Made by a program: the position numbers and the translations under genes. From a virus (taxonomy: Duplodnaviria > Caudoviricetes): a stretch of DNA of 63,897 nt. The stretch is taken from positions 1 to 63,897 of the IMG/VR virus record IMGVR_UViG_3300046782_000223; one strand, given 5' to 3'. The notes beneath the pieces were generated by a model, which did not search any database, had not been told where the DNA came from, and was given only the letters and a program-made list of their open reading frames with translations. Positions within the stretch are counted from its first letter, which is position 1. Each line of letters opens with the position of its first letter. Below, piece after piece: positions 18,284 to 26,807 of the stretch.

Positions 18284-20199
18284 TTGATCTCCTTGAGAGC
18301 GCCCCAATGCGGGCCGCGTTTGACGTCTACGGGAAACTCGATGGGCAGGGTTCGACCCCAGGCCCGCTTGTAGGGCAGGTTGCTCAGCAGCTGCTTCAGG
18401 TCCCTCGCCGCACGCTCAGCGTACGGCTTCGGGACCCTGAAGAACATGCCGTCGTGTAGCTCCATCAGGAACCGCCCGCCCACCTTGGGTAGGTAGTCCC
18501 GGGCCACCAGCAGGGCGAGGTACTTCTGATCGGCCCCGACCCCCTGGATGGGGAAGTTGATGCTCGTGCTCTCATGCGCCCAGGTCCAGTCGAAGGGCAC
18601 ACCTTCATCGTCGAAGCCCTTCCACTTGTGAAAATCGCCCAGGTTTACGCGCCGTCCGGCAAGCGTCTCGACGTAGCCCTGCGTCTTGGCGATCTGAATT
18701 TGCTTCGACCAGTAGCGCGGCACGCCGCGGTAGGACTTGCGGTAGGCCCCGACGATCGTGACGCTCTCGACGTCCGTCAGGTAGACGCCGTGCTGCACAG
18801 CCGCCACGCGTCGCAGCGTGGGTGGGCCGGTGCGGTACTGGCACGACAGGTTGCCCACCTTGCCCAGCTTCCTGATCTTCTTGGCGGCCGGGTCCTCCTC
18901 GCGGTTCTCCTTGATCCAGTCGTAGCTAAGCTCTGGCTTGATCTGCGAGGCCATGTAGGAGTGCGCGTCCTGGCCGGGCATGCACAGCCCGAGCATGACG
19001 GCGTCGCCGCTCTCGACCGCCATCCAGCGAAACTCCTGGCCGGCGAAGTCGGCCTCGATCAGTTCGCTGTCGTCGTCCACCTCGATCAGCGCCCGGTACT
19101 CGGGGTCGTTCACCCACTGGTGGATGGCCACGCCGGAGGGGACCTGCGCCTTGCCCTTGCCGATCTTCGACGAGTAGGTGCAGCGCCCGGTGTAGGTGCC
19201 GAAGATGCGGCAGTCCGGCCGGACGTGGCCGTCGCCGTTGTAGTCCAGGCTTTCCAGCGCCCCGTCGGCGAACTTGGTCCGCCGGGTCTGGCACTCCCGG
19301 TAGGTGTGGATCAGGTTGGCGCGCGGGTCCTCTAGGCCGAGGATCGCCAGCGCCTCCTTGTCGGTCGACGGCGCACCCTTGTCGGTGAGGTGTGGCGCGT
19401 TCAGGCCCCAGGTCTCGTAGAGCAGGCTGGCCAGCTGCTTGGGCGAGGCCAGCACCTTCTCCCATTCGAGCATGCCCTCGGTCATGGCCAGCTGCACCAG
19501 GGCGACGTCGCGCTTCTCCGTCAGGCGGGCCGCCAGGACCCGCGCACGGTCGGCGTTGACCATCAGCCCGGCCACCTTGCTGTCGGCCACCAGCGGGATG
19601 CAGCGGGCCTCTAGCAGGGCATTGCGCTGCACCTTCTCGGGCAGCGACTGCAGCAGGTAGGCGACGATGCGCAGGGTGAAGCGACAGTCACGCTGGTTGT
19701 AGAACAGCAGCCGCTCCCACTCGGCCTCGCTCATCGGGTTGAAGGTGACGCCTTCCTCGTAGCCCGCCTCGTCGGGGAAGAACTCGACCACCGCCTCCTT
19801 GAGGCCGAGCGACATGCGTCCTTCCTCGCGGTAGCGCGGCGCGTTGATGGCGTGCCGGTAGAGCAGCATGCCGTCCAGCCAGTTGACGGCGAACACCTTG
19901 GCCCTGATCCCCAGGTCCGGGAACATCTCGTCCAGCACCAGCAGCCACGCCACGTCGAAGGGCGCGTTCCAGCACACCACGTACTGGCCGGCCACGGTGT
20001 CCAGCCAGTTGGCCAGTTCCTCCGCGGTCGGATCACGGATCACGTCGGTCTGCAACACGCCGTGATCGTCGTAGTAGGCCACCGCCACGCTGGTCAGCCA
20101 CGCATCGTGGGTGCGCAGGCGGAACGGCTGCAGCGCGAACGGCTCCTCCCGGCCCCAGGTCTCGGTGTCGTAGGCGGTGATGCTGCGGACGTCGATCAT
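18280..20199 (-). CDS. polA: Family A DNA polymerase with 3'-5' exonuclease
   Basis: Exo motifs DTET, NAPFD, YNQRD; TGR; motif A DFAGQEFR; motif B RKLGKVGNLSCQY; NFPIQG; motif C LHDG. Confidence 0.92.
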   Translation of the reverse strand: MIDVRSITAYDTETWGREEPFALQPFRLRTHDAWLTSVAVAYYDDHGVLQTDVIRDPTAEELANWLDTVAGQYVVCWNAPFDVAWLLVLDEMFPDLGIRAKVFAVNWLDGMLLYRHAINAPRYREEGRMSLGLKEAVVEFFPDEAGYEEGVTFNPMSEAEWERLLFYNQRDCRFTLRIVAYLLQSLPEKVQRNALLEARCIPLVADSKVAGLMVNADRARVLAARLTEKRDVALVQLAMTEGMLEWEKVLASPKQLASLLYETWGLNAPHLTDKGAPSTDKEALAILGLEDPRANLIHTYRECQTRRTKFADGALESLDYNGDGHVRPDCRIFGTYTGRCTYSSKIGKGKAQVPSGVAIHQWVNDPEYRALIEVDDDSELIEADFAGQEFRWMAVESGDAVMLGLCMPGQDAHSYMASQIKPELSYDWIKENREEDPAAKKIRKLGKVGNLSCQYRTGPPTLRRVAAVQHGVYLTDVESVTIVGAYRKSYRGVPRYWSKQIQIAKTQGYVETLAGRRVNLGDFHKWKGFDDEGVPFDWTWAHESTSINFPIQGVGADQKYLALLVARDYLPKVGGRFLMELHDGMFFRVPKPYAERAARDLKQLLSNLPYKRAWGRTLPIEFPVDVKRGPHWGALKEIK

Positions 20200-20429
20200 G
20201 CCACGCCTAGCTTACGGGCCATGTTGTCGGCCACGGCAACCGACGTTTTCAGGTCGGCCTCGCTGGCCCCGCTGATCCTGTGGAAGGTGATCCAGGCGCG
20301 GTAGGCGTGCAGGTCCTCGATCGTGGCCGTGCCGTCGACGTGGTGGCCGAACGCGATCACGGCGTTGTAGCCGAGCGGGTCGAGCGGCTCCTCGTCCCCT
20401 TCAATGATGGCGTCGTAGGCGGTGGTCAT
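20196..20429 (-). CDS. Hypothetical protein
   Basis: SD and ATGA overlap with polA. Confidence 0.65.
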   Translation of the reverse strand: MTTAYDAIIEGDEEPLDPLGYNAVIAFGHHVDGTATIEDLHAYRAWITFHRISGASEADLKTSVAVADNMARKLGVA

Positions 20430-20589
20430 GTGGGCTCCCCCTCGGTTGATGAAAGATGCGCGGCCCCCGGTGAAGGCTCGCCGGTGCCGCGCTGCAGGAG
20501 GATGTGTCGGCTCTCTCCTGCTTACCGCCGGCGGGGTTTCACCGCCGGACCCACGTCATCTCCACCCAGGGGGAGATGACGCGATTATC

Positions 20590-20880
20590 CTATGTGACCT
20601 TGGCCGCAGCAAGTCGCGCCCGGTACGCCACCTCCGCTGCGAGGATGGCCTCGGACACTTCCGCCGGCGTCTCGGTGACGGGCGTCCAGCCGAGGCGATC
20701 GACCAGCACCCAGGTCCCCGTCACGTCGCCCGCCTTGCGGGGCGGGTCGTCGGGGAAGGGGATGTAGTCCTCGTCCTTCTTGCGGAAGCGACGCGTGCTG
20801 ACTTCAAGGATCAGGTCGGCGCGGAGCAGCACCTCGTCGACCTGCCCTCGGTAGGGCTTGTGCAGGGCCACGAACCACAT
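20590..20880 (-). CDS. Hypothetical protein
   Basis: Abuts the upstream gene; typical codon use. Confidence 0.6.
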   Translation of the reverse strand: MWFVALHKPYRGQVDEVLLRADLILEVSTRRFRKKDEDYIPFPDDPPRKAGDVTGTWVLVDRLGWTPVTETPAEVSEAILAAEVAYRARLAAAKVT

Positions 20881-21393
20881 CTAGTTGTCGAACCAGAACA
20901 CGAGCCGGAAGTCGCTCAGCTTGTCCCGGTAGACGACCTCGCCAAGGTCGTAGTGCTCGTCGAGCGTCCAGAAGTGGTCGAAGCATTGCTCGATCGCTGC
21001 CTCGGTGCCGTTCTTCATGGCCTCGACCACAACGTCGCCCGGCTTCCCCAGCTGACCGGTGCTGAGGAAGATGGGCAGCGCCTCGTCCATCAGCATCCAG
21101 CTGTGCGAGTGGCCGTCCTCGCCCCAGCGGTCGATCTCCATGAGGGCCAGATCGGACGCGTCGTCCGGCACGCCCTTGGGCGTCGGCCCCTCGCCACGCA
21201 CGCCGGCCAGCCCGGCGAACAGGTTGTAGTTGCGCCCGGTGGCCATCCAGCTGGACGCCCCCGTCGCCATCGTGCTGGTGTCGCGCTCGTAGACCTGAGC
21301 CGTTAGGTAGGGGAACGCGTTCACCCCGACCCACGCCTCGGCGTCCCGCACCTTGACCCGCTTCTCAAGCACCATGTGAATGTCGCAGCCCAT
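20881..21393 (-). CDS. Conserved phage hypothetical protein (MGCDIH...WFDN type)
   Basis: MGCDIH, RNY.LFA.LAGVR, HSHSW and RLVFWFDN motifs. Confidence 0.8.
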   Translation of the reverse strand: MGCDIHMVLEKRVKVRDAEAWVGVNAFPYLTAQVYERDTSTMATGASSWMATGRNYNLFAGLAGVRGEGPTPKGVPDDASDLALMEIDRWGEDGHSHSWMLMDEALPIFLSTGQLGKPGDVVVEAMKNGTEAAIEQCFDHFWTLDEHYDLGEVVYRDKLSDFRLVFWFDN

Positions 21394-21396
21394 CGT

Positions 21397-21615
21397 CTAG
21401 CTCTCCTTCTGTTTCGTCTTGCGTGACCGCTTGAGGCGGCGGATGGCCTGGGCGATTGATCGACGCATGCTCTCGTCCTCGATAGCACCGTCCCAGGCCA
21501 TGATCTCTGTGGCCGCGGCTTCCAGCCCCAGCTGGAAGTACTCGTCCATGAGGGACGAGGCCCGGCTGCTGACGATGCGCCGGGCCTCCTCCGGTGTGAC
21601 CTCCATCAGAGGCAC
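21397..21615 (-). CDS. Hypothetical protein
   Basis: Fills the operon gap; typical codon use. Confidence 0.55.
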   Translation of the reverse strand: MPLMEVTPEEARRIVSSRASSLMDEYFQLGLEAAATEIMAWDGAIEDESMRRSIAQAIRRLKRSRKTKQKES

Positions 21616-21618
21616 GCC

Positions 21619-22746
21619 CTATGCCCCCAGCTTGGAACGAGCGACCCGAAGATCGGCGGCCAGGGTCTCGGCGGTCGCCGCCATCTCAAGCAGCTTGGTG
21701 GTCGCGGCCTTGGCCAGTTCGATGGCCGCGTCCAGTTCCTTGATCTTGCGATCGGTCTGCTGGTTCCGATCGTGGTCGCCGAAGAACATGGTCCGCAGGT
21801 CGGTGACCCACACCCGGGGCAGGTCCAGACGACCGGCCACGTTGGCGTCGCTGTCCTGGCCCGCGTACCGCTGGCCGACAATGTCGTAGGTCTTGGTTAG
21901 CTCGTCGTGGATCGAGGCCCGTTCGTCGCGGGTGGGCTGGCGGTCGGGGGTGATGGTGCTGGTGGTGGTCATGGGTTCCTTCGTGGGTTCAGGGGTGGGG
22001 TGCAATTGCCCAGAGGCAATTGCGCCGTGCAGTTCCTTGGTCGAGAGCGGCGGGGCCGGACCTAGCTCGCTGCCCGGTTTGCGGGGCATGATGCGTGGTC
22101 CGTACTTGCGGCTCTTGCGCCACTCGGTGCGCTCGGCCTCAGTCGTGTTGACGTGAAGCTTGTACGTCCAGCCGTCGCCGAGCGGGACGGTGAAGAACGC
22201 CATCCCGTCGACGCTGCCGGTCGCCCGCGCACCGGCCATCGTCGCCTGCTTGCGGTTGGTGAAGACCGTCCGACCGGGGGTGGACATGGTCCCGCGCACC
22301 GCCTTGATCGGCGGCTCGACCATGATCACGACCACCTGCTCGTCTCCTGTCAGGATCGGAGGGGCTTCGTCCGTGCGGTCGTGCCGAGGGGTGGGCATGG
22401 CGTGTGGTCCTTCGGGGTGCAGGACGGAGCCGCGTAGCAGCTTGTCCCTGAGGTGGCCGTTCAAAATCTTCTCCTTCAACTTGGCCCCGATCTCCGGCGG
22501 GATTGCCGGGTTGTCGGGCCTGCGCCGAGACGCCTTAGCTTTGGTGAAACACAGCGGGCATCGGTGCTGCGGTGGCTTGTTGCCCACCTTCCACCCATGC
22601 GACCGGAACACCCGGATGGCCACGCCGCTGTCCTTGGCGACGTGCCACTCGACGTGATGGCAGAACCCGCACTCGATCTTGGCGTAGGTGCGGTGGCCGG
22701 TGCCGTAGCGCCGGCCGCTTAGCTCGAACGTGCAATGGGTCGACAT
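21619..22746 (-). CDS. Zn-ribbon protein with C-terminal HTH-like/coiled-coil domain; internal in-frame starts at 22398 and 21972
   Basis: CGFC...GW....CPLC; D..VA..L.LPR.WV...R; internal GAAGGA SD + ATG. Confidence 0.65.
   Translation of the reverse strand: MSTHCTFELSGRRYGTGHRTYAKIECGFCHHVEWHVAKDSGVAIRVFRSHGWKVGNKPPQHRCPLCFTKAKASRRRPDNPAIPPEIGAKLKEKILNGHLRDKLLRGSVLHPEGPHAMPTPRHDRTDEAPPILTGDEQVVVIMVEPPIKAVRGTMSTPGRTVFTNRKQATMAGARATGSVDGMAFFTVPLGDGWTYKLHVNTTEAERTEWRKSRKYGPRIMPRKPGSELGPAPPLSTKELHGAIASGQLHPTPEPTKEPMTTTSTITPDRQPTRDERASIHDELTKTYDIVGQRYAGQDSDANVAGRLDLPRVWVTDLRTMFFGDHDRNQQTDRKIKELDAAIELAKAATTKLLEMAATAETLAADLRVARSKLGA
22004..22021. promoter_or_regulatory. AATTGCC-N4-GGCAATT box 2 (inside a CDS, upstream of internal SD/ATG 21972)
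   Basis: AATTGCC caga GGCAATT. Confidence 0.75.
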
Positions 22747-22758
22747 ATGCCCCCCGGC

Positions 22759-23907
22759 TCAGATGGACTGCTCTCGCAGCATGATGACCTCGCCGAACGG
22801 CGCAGGCCCTTGCGCACCCGTCGACACCCACAGCACCGGGTACTCGGGCGTGGACCCGAAGTCGCCGCAGTAGAGGTCGGTCAGGATCACCGCGGCCGCC
22901 GGCTCAATGTCGTGCTCCCGGCAGTAGCGGAAGATCGGCGAGAACCGCGTGCCGCCGGTGCCGTTCGGACGCAGGTCAAGCTCGTCGTCCTGGCCGAAGC
23001 TCTCGTACTTCGTCACCTCGCTGGCGAAGTAGAGGACGTGTGTCCGGCTCGGGTTGCAGTCCACCTTGATCGCCCGAAGCTCGGTCAGGAACTCCTGCAG
23101 TTCGTCCGGCGACACCGACCCCGACAGGTCCACGGCGACCATGATCTCCTCCATGCCGGTGCCGTCCTTGCCCGGTCGCAGGATGCCCTGCGCTAGGCCG
23201 CGGCGGGACGGGCGAGCCCACGACATTTCGGTGGCCAGCCGCTTGGTGAAGAACGATCGCAGCTGGTCCTGCCACCGGATGCGCGGCGTCAGTTCCTTGC
23301 CGACGAACCGGGCCATGCTCTCGCTCAGGTTCCCCGCCATGCGGGCCACGTCGCGCGCCTGGGCCACGCGGACCTGCATGCGGGCGGCCTGCTCGGACTG
23401 CTCGGCCTCGGACCCATCGAAGATCACCACCCCCTGACGGTTGGCCTCCTCCTCCGGCGTCGGGTCAGGCAGCAGGGCGTAGATGCCCTCGATGGTCTTG
23501 TGGCCCGCCTCGTAGAGGCCCGGGTTGTAGATGGCGTGCGGCGGCCGCTCGCCCACGGTGGACCGCCCGTCGCGCTTCTCGCCTTCCAGCAGCGAGTTGA
23601 TCATCACGTCGCAGGCAATGTCCCACTTCACCGGATCACGCTGGCCGATGCGGCAGCGCAGGTTGCAGTTGAACACGAGACGCATGGTGATGTTGGCCAG
23701 CGCCCAGCGCATCTGCTGCGCCGTCAGGTGTTCGGCGTAGCTCGGGGTGACGGTCAGCATGTGGCCGTCGGTGACCATCGTCGGCGGGTCGGCCTTCTCG
23801 TCCCAGGTGACCTTGAGGCTGCACAGCAGGGAGGCGATGAAGGCGTTGTCGACGACCAGGGCGGTCTTCCCCAGCGACAGCTTCTGTTTCAGGGTTTCGG
23901 TGCTCAT
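22759..23907 (-). CDS. DUF2201-type protein: metallopeptidase-like N-domain (HExxH degenerate) plus VWA domain
   Basis: T.VTDG, RDP.KW.IACD..IN, SW.RPSRR; MIDAS DLSGS, GGT, LTD. Confidence 0.85.
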   Translation of the reverse strand: MSTETLKQKLSLGKTALVVDNAFIASLLCSLKVTWDEKADPPTMVTDGHMLTVTPSYAEHLTAQQMRWALANITMRLVFNCNLRCRIGQRDPVKWDIACDVMINSLLEGEKRDGRSTVGERPPHAIYNPGLYEAGHKTIEGIYALLPDPTPEEEANRQGVVIFDGSEAEQSEQAARMQVRVAQARDVARMAGNLSESMARFVGKELTPRIRWQDQLRSFFTKRLATEMSWARPSRRGLAQGILRPGKDGTGMEEIMVAVDLSGSVSPDELQEFLTELRAIKVDCNPSRTHVLYFASEVTKYESFGQDDELDLRPNGTGGTRFSPIFRYCREHDIEPAAAVILTDLYCGDFGSTPEYPVLWVSTGAQGPAPFGEVIMLREQSI

Positions 23908-23918
23908 GGGGTCTCCTT

Positions 23919-24788
23919 TCAGGCGGCCTTGGGGGTGACGTAGCCGGCCATCTTGCGCATGACCTCGGCCAGTTGGGCAGCGGCGTCCTGGCGCTCCACC
24001 GGGTCGTGGCGCAGGGCGTCCACGTTGCCGGCGAAGTGGGCCAGGGTGCGCTCGATGGTCTGGCGCACGCCCTCCATCTCCGCATCGTTGGCGATGTTGA
24101 GCGACGGCATCAGGCTACACAGTTCGATGGCGTTGTCGATCAGGCTGTCGCGGAAGACGTTCTCCGGGTTGGCCAGCCGCTCGACGGTCTTCTCGACCAC
24201 CTCATGGACGCGGCTCCACGCCTCGGCCATCGCGCTCTGCTCGACCTCCATGAGCCGGGAACGAATGTCCTCTTGGAGCCGGGCCTTGGCCTCGTCGCCC
24301 ACGTCGATGCGCCAGTCGCGCTCGTCGGCGATCGGCATGAAGCGAATGTCGAACCGGAACAGCCGCTCCAAGTCCCGGCCCATCGGGTAGTCGTCGGCCT
24401 TGTAGAGCGAGCCCAGCGAACGCCGTGCCTCGTCCACGAGCGCCGGGTAGGCGGTCAGGAAGTCGTTGCGCGCCTCCTCCCAATCGTCCTGCCAGTGGCG
24501 GGCCTGGACGGAGAAGTCCATGTACGCCTCGCTCTTGAGGATGCGCATGCCGTCGATGCCCCAGGGCAGGGTGTGCCGGTCGAAGTCCTTGCGGATCGCC
24601 CCGGTGGTCTGCTGCAGGCGCTGCAGTTCGTTGGCGAACGGCAGCAGGTTCTTGTTCACGCGGGCCGCCTCGATGCTCAGGCCGTGGCTGCGGTTGAGCG
24701 CCGTGGTCTCGTTGCGGTCCAGCTTGCGGGCCGTCCACTGGCTGACGTTCAGGGTGGTGAGGATGGCGCGCTCGGAGAGTGCGGACAT
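23919..24788 (-). CDS. Conserved phage protein usually found with MoxR/VWA pairs (DUF3150-like)
   Basis: W.ARKLD, TLPW...G.R, LGSLY...DYP motifs and gene context. Confidence 0.7.
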   Translation of the reverse strand: MSALSERAILTTLNVSQWTARKLDRNETTALNRSHGLSIEAARVNKNLLPFANELQRLQQTTGAIRKDFDRHTLPWGIDGMRILKSEAYMDFSVQARHWQDDWEEARNDFLTAYPALVDEARRSLGSLYKADDYPMGRDLERLFRFDIRFMPIADERDWRIDVGDEAKARLQEDIRSRLMEVEQSAMAEAWSRVHEVVEKTVERLANPENVFRDSLIDNAIELCSLMPSLNIANDAEMEGVRQTIERTLAHFAGNVDALRHDPVERQDAAAQLAEVMRKMAGYVTPKAA

Positions 24789-24812
24789 GGTCTAGGTTCC
24801 TTCTGTTAAGCT

Positions 24813-24830
24813 AATTGCCAGCGGGCAATT
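24813..24830. promoter_or_regulatory. AATTGCC-N4-GGCAATT box 3
   Basis: ctAATTGCC agcg GGCAATTag, just upstream of the SD for ATG 24788. Confidence 0.8.
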
Positions 24831-25092
24831 AGGCGGTGACGTTGAGTTGTCGCCCGACGCCCATGCGCCGGGGGAAGTGAGCGATCAGCATTTGGGCGCT
24901 GCGGCTGGTCTGCTTCGCGAGGAAGCGGTCCACCTCCTCGGTGTAGGAGAGCCACGCCCGGCCGGTGTACGCCCACCGCACTTGGTGAGCGTACTGGCCA
25001 GCCGCCTGACACGTCTCCTCGGGCCAGCCGAGGAGACGCATCGTGATGGGCAGGGCGTCGCACCACGCCTGCTTATGGCCGGGGTGCGCCAT
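24829..25092 (-). CDS. Hypothetical protein (87 aa, MAHPGHKQAW...)
   Basis: ATG just after the ATPase stop; fills the gap. Confidence 0.5.
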   Translation of the reverse strand: MAHPGHKQAWCDALPITMRLLGWPEETCQAAGQYAHQVRWAYTGRAWLSYTEEVDRFLAKQTSRSAQMLIAHFPRRMGVGRQLNVTA

Positions 25093-25094
25093 CC

Positions 25095-26123
25095 TCACCG
25101 GGAGAACAGGGCGCGAGCGCCGGCGGTCCCGGCCCACTTGGTGAACGCCTCGGTCTGCGTCAGCTGGCCGTGGGCGGTGATGACGTTGCGCATGGCCATG
25201 ACCATGAACTCGGGCGGCATCCGCTGGACGTAGCTGATGAAGGCCGGGAACGTCTTGTCGGTGACCCGGGCGATCAGCGCGCCGATCAGGGCGTACAGGA
25301 TGTGCGCCTCGTCGGGGACGGGATAGGTCTCCGGCTTGGCGTAGATCAGGTCCGGGTCGGGCAGCTGCAGGAAGGTCTCCAAGAAGGCCATGAACTCCAC
25401 CGCCGGGCCTTCGCCGACGGAGCCCTTGACGATCTCGAACAGCGCCGCCTTGGGCGTGCAGTCCAGCGCCGGGCTGACGCGCTCGGCCCAGCCGCGGGGC
25501 GTGGCGTTCTTCTCGGCGTTGGGATCGAACGCCGGGGCCAGCAGGTCGGAGCGCCATTGCAAAAATGCAATGACTTGAGGCTTCACCTTGCCGATGGTCA
25601 GCGCCCACTCGATCCAGTCGTCGGTCTTCACCTCGAACGGCAGGGTGATGTAGCGGTCGTTCAGCTGCGAGAGGATGCGGTTCGCCCCCGCCCGGTCCTC
25701 CTGGCGGTTGCCGGTGGCCACGAACATCCAGCCGGGCTTGAGCTTGCGGCCGTGAAGCTCGCGCTCCTGCATCATGTTGGCGATCACCTTCTGCTGGTCG
25801 TTGTTCATGCCGGCGATCTCGTCGATCGAGATGAAGCCGAACTCGCCGTAGGTGTCGTCGCCCTGGAACGGGAACTTGTTCAGCGGCAGGACGAACTCCA
25901 AGCACCCGTCCACGGGGACGGGCACGCCGAAGTCCTCGGCGGGCATGGTCGGGCCGTGGATGTGGATGAAGCCGACGCCCGCCGTGGCCGCCGCCTGCCG
26001 CACGCTCTGCGTCTTGCCGACGCCCGGCTGGGCCAGGGCCACGACCGGGGACATGATGACGCCGGTGGCCATCTGATGGTTCATGCGGGCCACGAGGGTC
26101 TCGATGAAAAGCTTAGGGTTCAT
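25095..26123 (-). CDS. MoxR-like AAA+ ATPase
   Basis: Walker A QPGVGKT; Walker B ISIDE; ATGNR..DRAG...L.DR; TPRGW. Confidence 0.88.
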   Translation of the reverse strand: MNPKLFIETLVARMNHQMATGVIMSPVVALAQPGVGKTQSVRQAAATAGVGFIHIHGPTMPAEDFGVPVPVDGCLEFVLPLNKFPFQGDDTYGEFGFISIDEIAGMNNDQQKVIANMMQERELHGRKLKPGWMFVATGNRQEDRAGANRILSQLNDRYITLPFEVKTDDWIEWALTIGKVKPQVIAFLQWRSDLLAPAFDPNAEKNATPRGWAERVSPALDCTPKAALFEIVKGSVGEGPAVEFMAFLETFLQLPDPDLIYAKPETYPVPDEAHILYALIGALIARVTDKTFPAFISYVQRMPPEFMVMAMRNVITAHGQLTQTEAFTKWAGTAGARALFSR

Positions 26124-26138
26124 GTGGGTCCTTCGTCT

Positions 26139-26156
26139 AATTGCCAGCGGGCAATT
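26139..26156. promoter_or_regulatory. AATTGCC-N4-GGCAATT box 4
   Basis: AATTGCC agcg GGCAATT, between the promoter and the SD of the ATPase. Confidence 0.8.
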
Positions 26157-26202
26157 GCCGCTGGCCTGGGTTCCAGTCGAGGGAAATCCCCGACTGTCTT
26201 AT

Positions 26203-26231
26203 AGTATACACAAGTGTTAGGGGCTTGTCAA
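26203..26231 (-). promoter_or_regulatory. Sigma70-type promoter
   Basis: TTGACA-N17-TATACT. Confidence 0.85.
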
Positions 26232-26251
26232 GTGGGTGACAAGTCCTCAGT

Positions 26252-26470
26252 TTAGTCCGCCTTCATGCAGCGGGCCACCGTCTCCGGGTCTCCGTTGTTC
26301 CACGGCGCGTTGCCGGCCGCGGCCTGCGCCCGGGTCCTGACGTGGACCAGGGTGTTGCAGCGGAGGCAGAGGACAGCCCCGACGGCGCTGCTCCCCATGT
26401 GCCGAAACTCGTGGCCTTCCGCCTTCCACTTGGCCAGCAGCATCGCCTCGCGCAGGTCCCACTCAGGCAT
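26252..26470 (-). CDS. Hypothetical protein (possible Zn-binding: H...CxxC...C)
   Basis: Overlap-coupled ORF. Confidence 0.55.
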   Translation of the reverse strand: MPEWDLREAMLLAKWKAEGHEFRHMGSSAVGAVLCLRCNTLVHVRTRAQAAAGNAPWNNGDPETVARCMKAD

Positions 26471-26807
26471 GCAGGCGGCCCTTCATCCGCATCCGCACCA
26501 GTTCGGCCCAGGCGAACTCCTTCACCTCCTCGGGCACGTCGGCCTCCCGCACCGGGGTCTGTGGACCCCAGCCGGGTATGATCTGGCCGCGGCGGGTGGG
26601 CGCTATCTGGACTTGCACCGTCCACACGTCCATCGCCGGCCAGTCCTGGCCGTAGGCTTCGTAGCGGCGGAACGTCCACTTCTTGCGGAGCATCTGATCG
26701 CCGAACGTCACGCCGCCGCAGCGCACCAGCCGCCGCTCGATCGCACCGGGATGACCGATGCGACCCCACAGCGTGCGCTTGGGGTTGGTGAAGCGCCGCC
26801 CTATCAA
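26463..26807 (-). CDS. Hypothetical protein
   Basis: Start overlaps the peptidase stop. Confidence 0.5.
   Translation of the reverse strand: MIGRRFTNPKRTLWGRIGHPGAIERRLVRCGGVTFGDQMLRKKWTFRRYEAYGQDWPAMDVWTVQVQIAPTRRGQIIPGWGPQTPVREADVPEEVKEFAWAELVRMRMKGRLHA

Noticed and set aside
18280-20199. Z-DNA or other modified-base system implied by the unusual polymerase
   Set aside because: No purZ, queuosine-pathway, thymidylate-synthase or glycosyltransferase genes recognised
20430-20589. Hammerhead ribozyme or tRNA
   Set aside because: No CUGANGA/GAAA core in the right arrangement, and no T-loop GTTC or cloverleaf spacing
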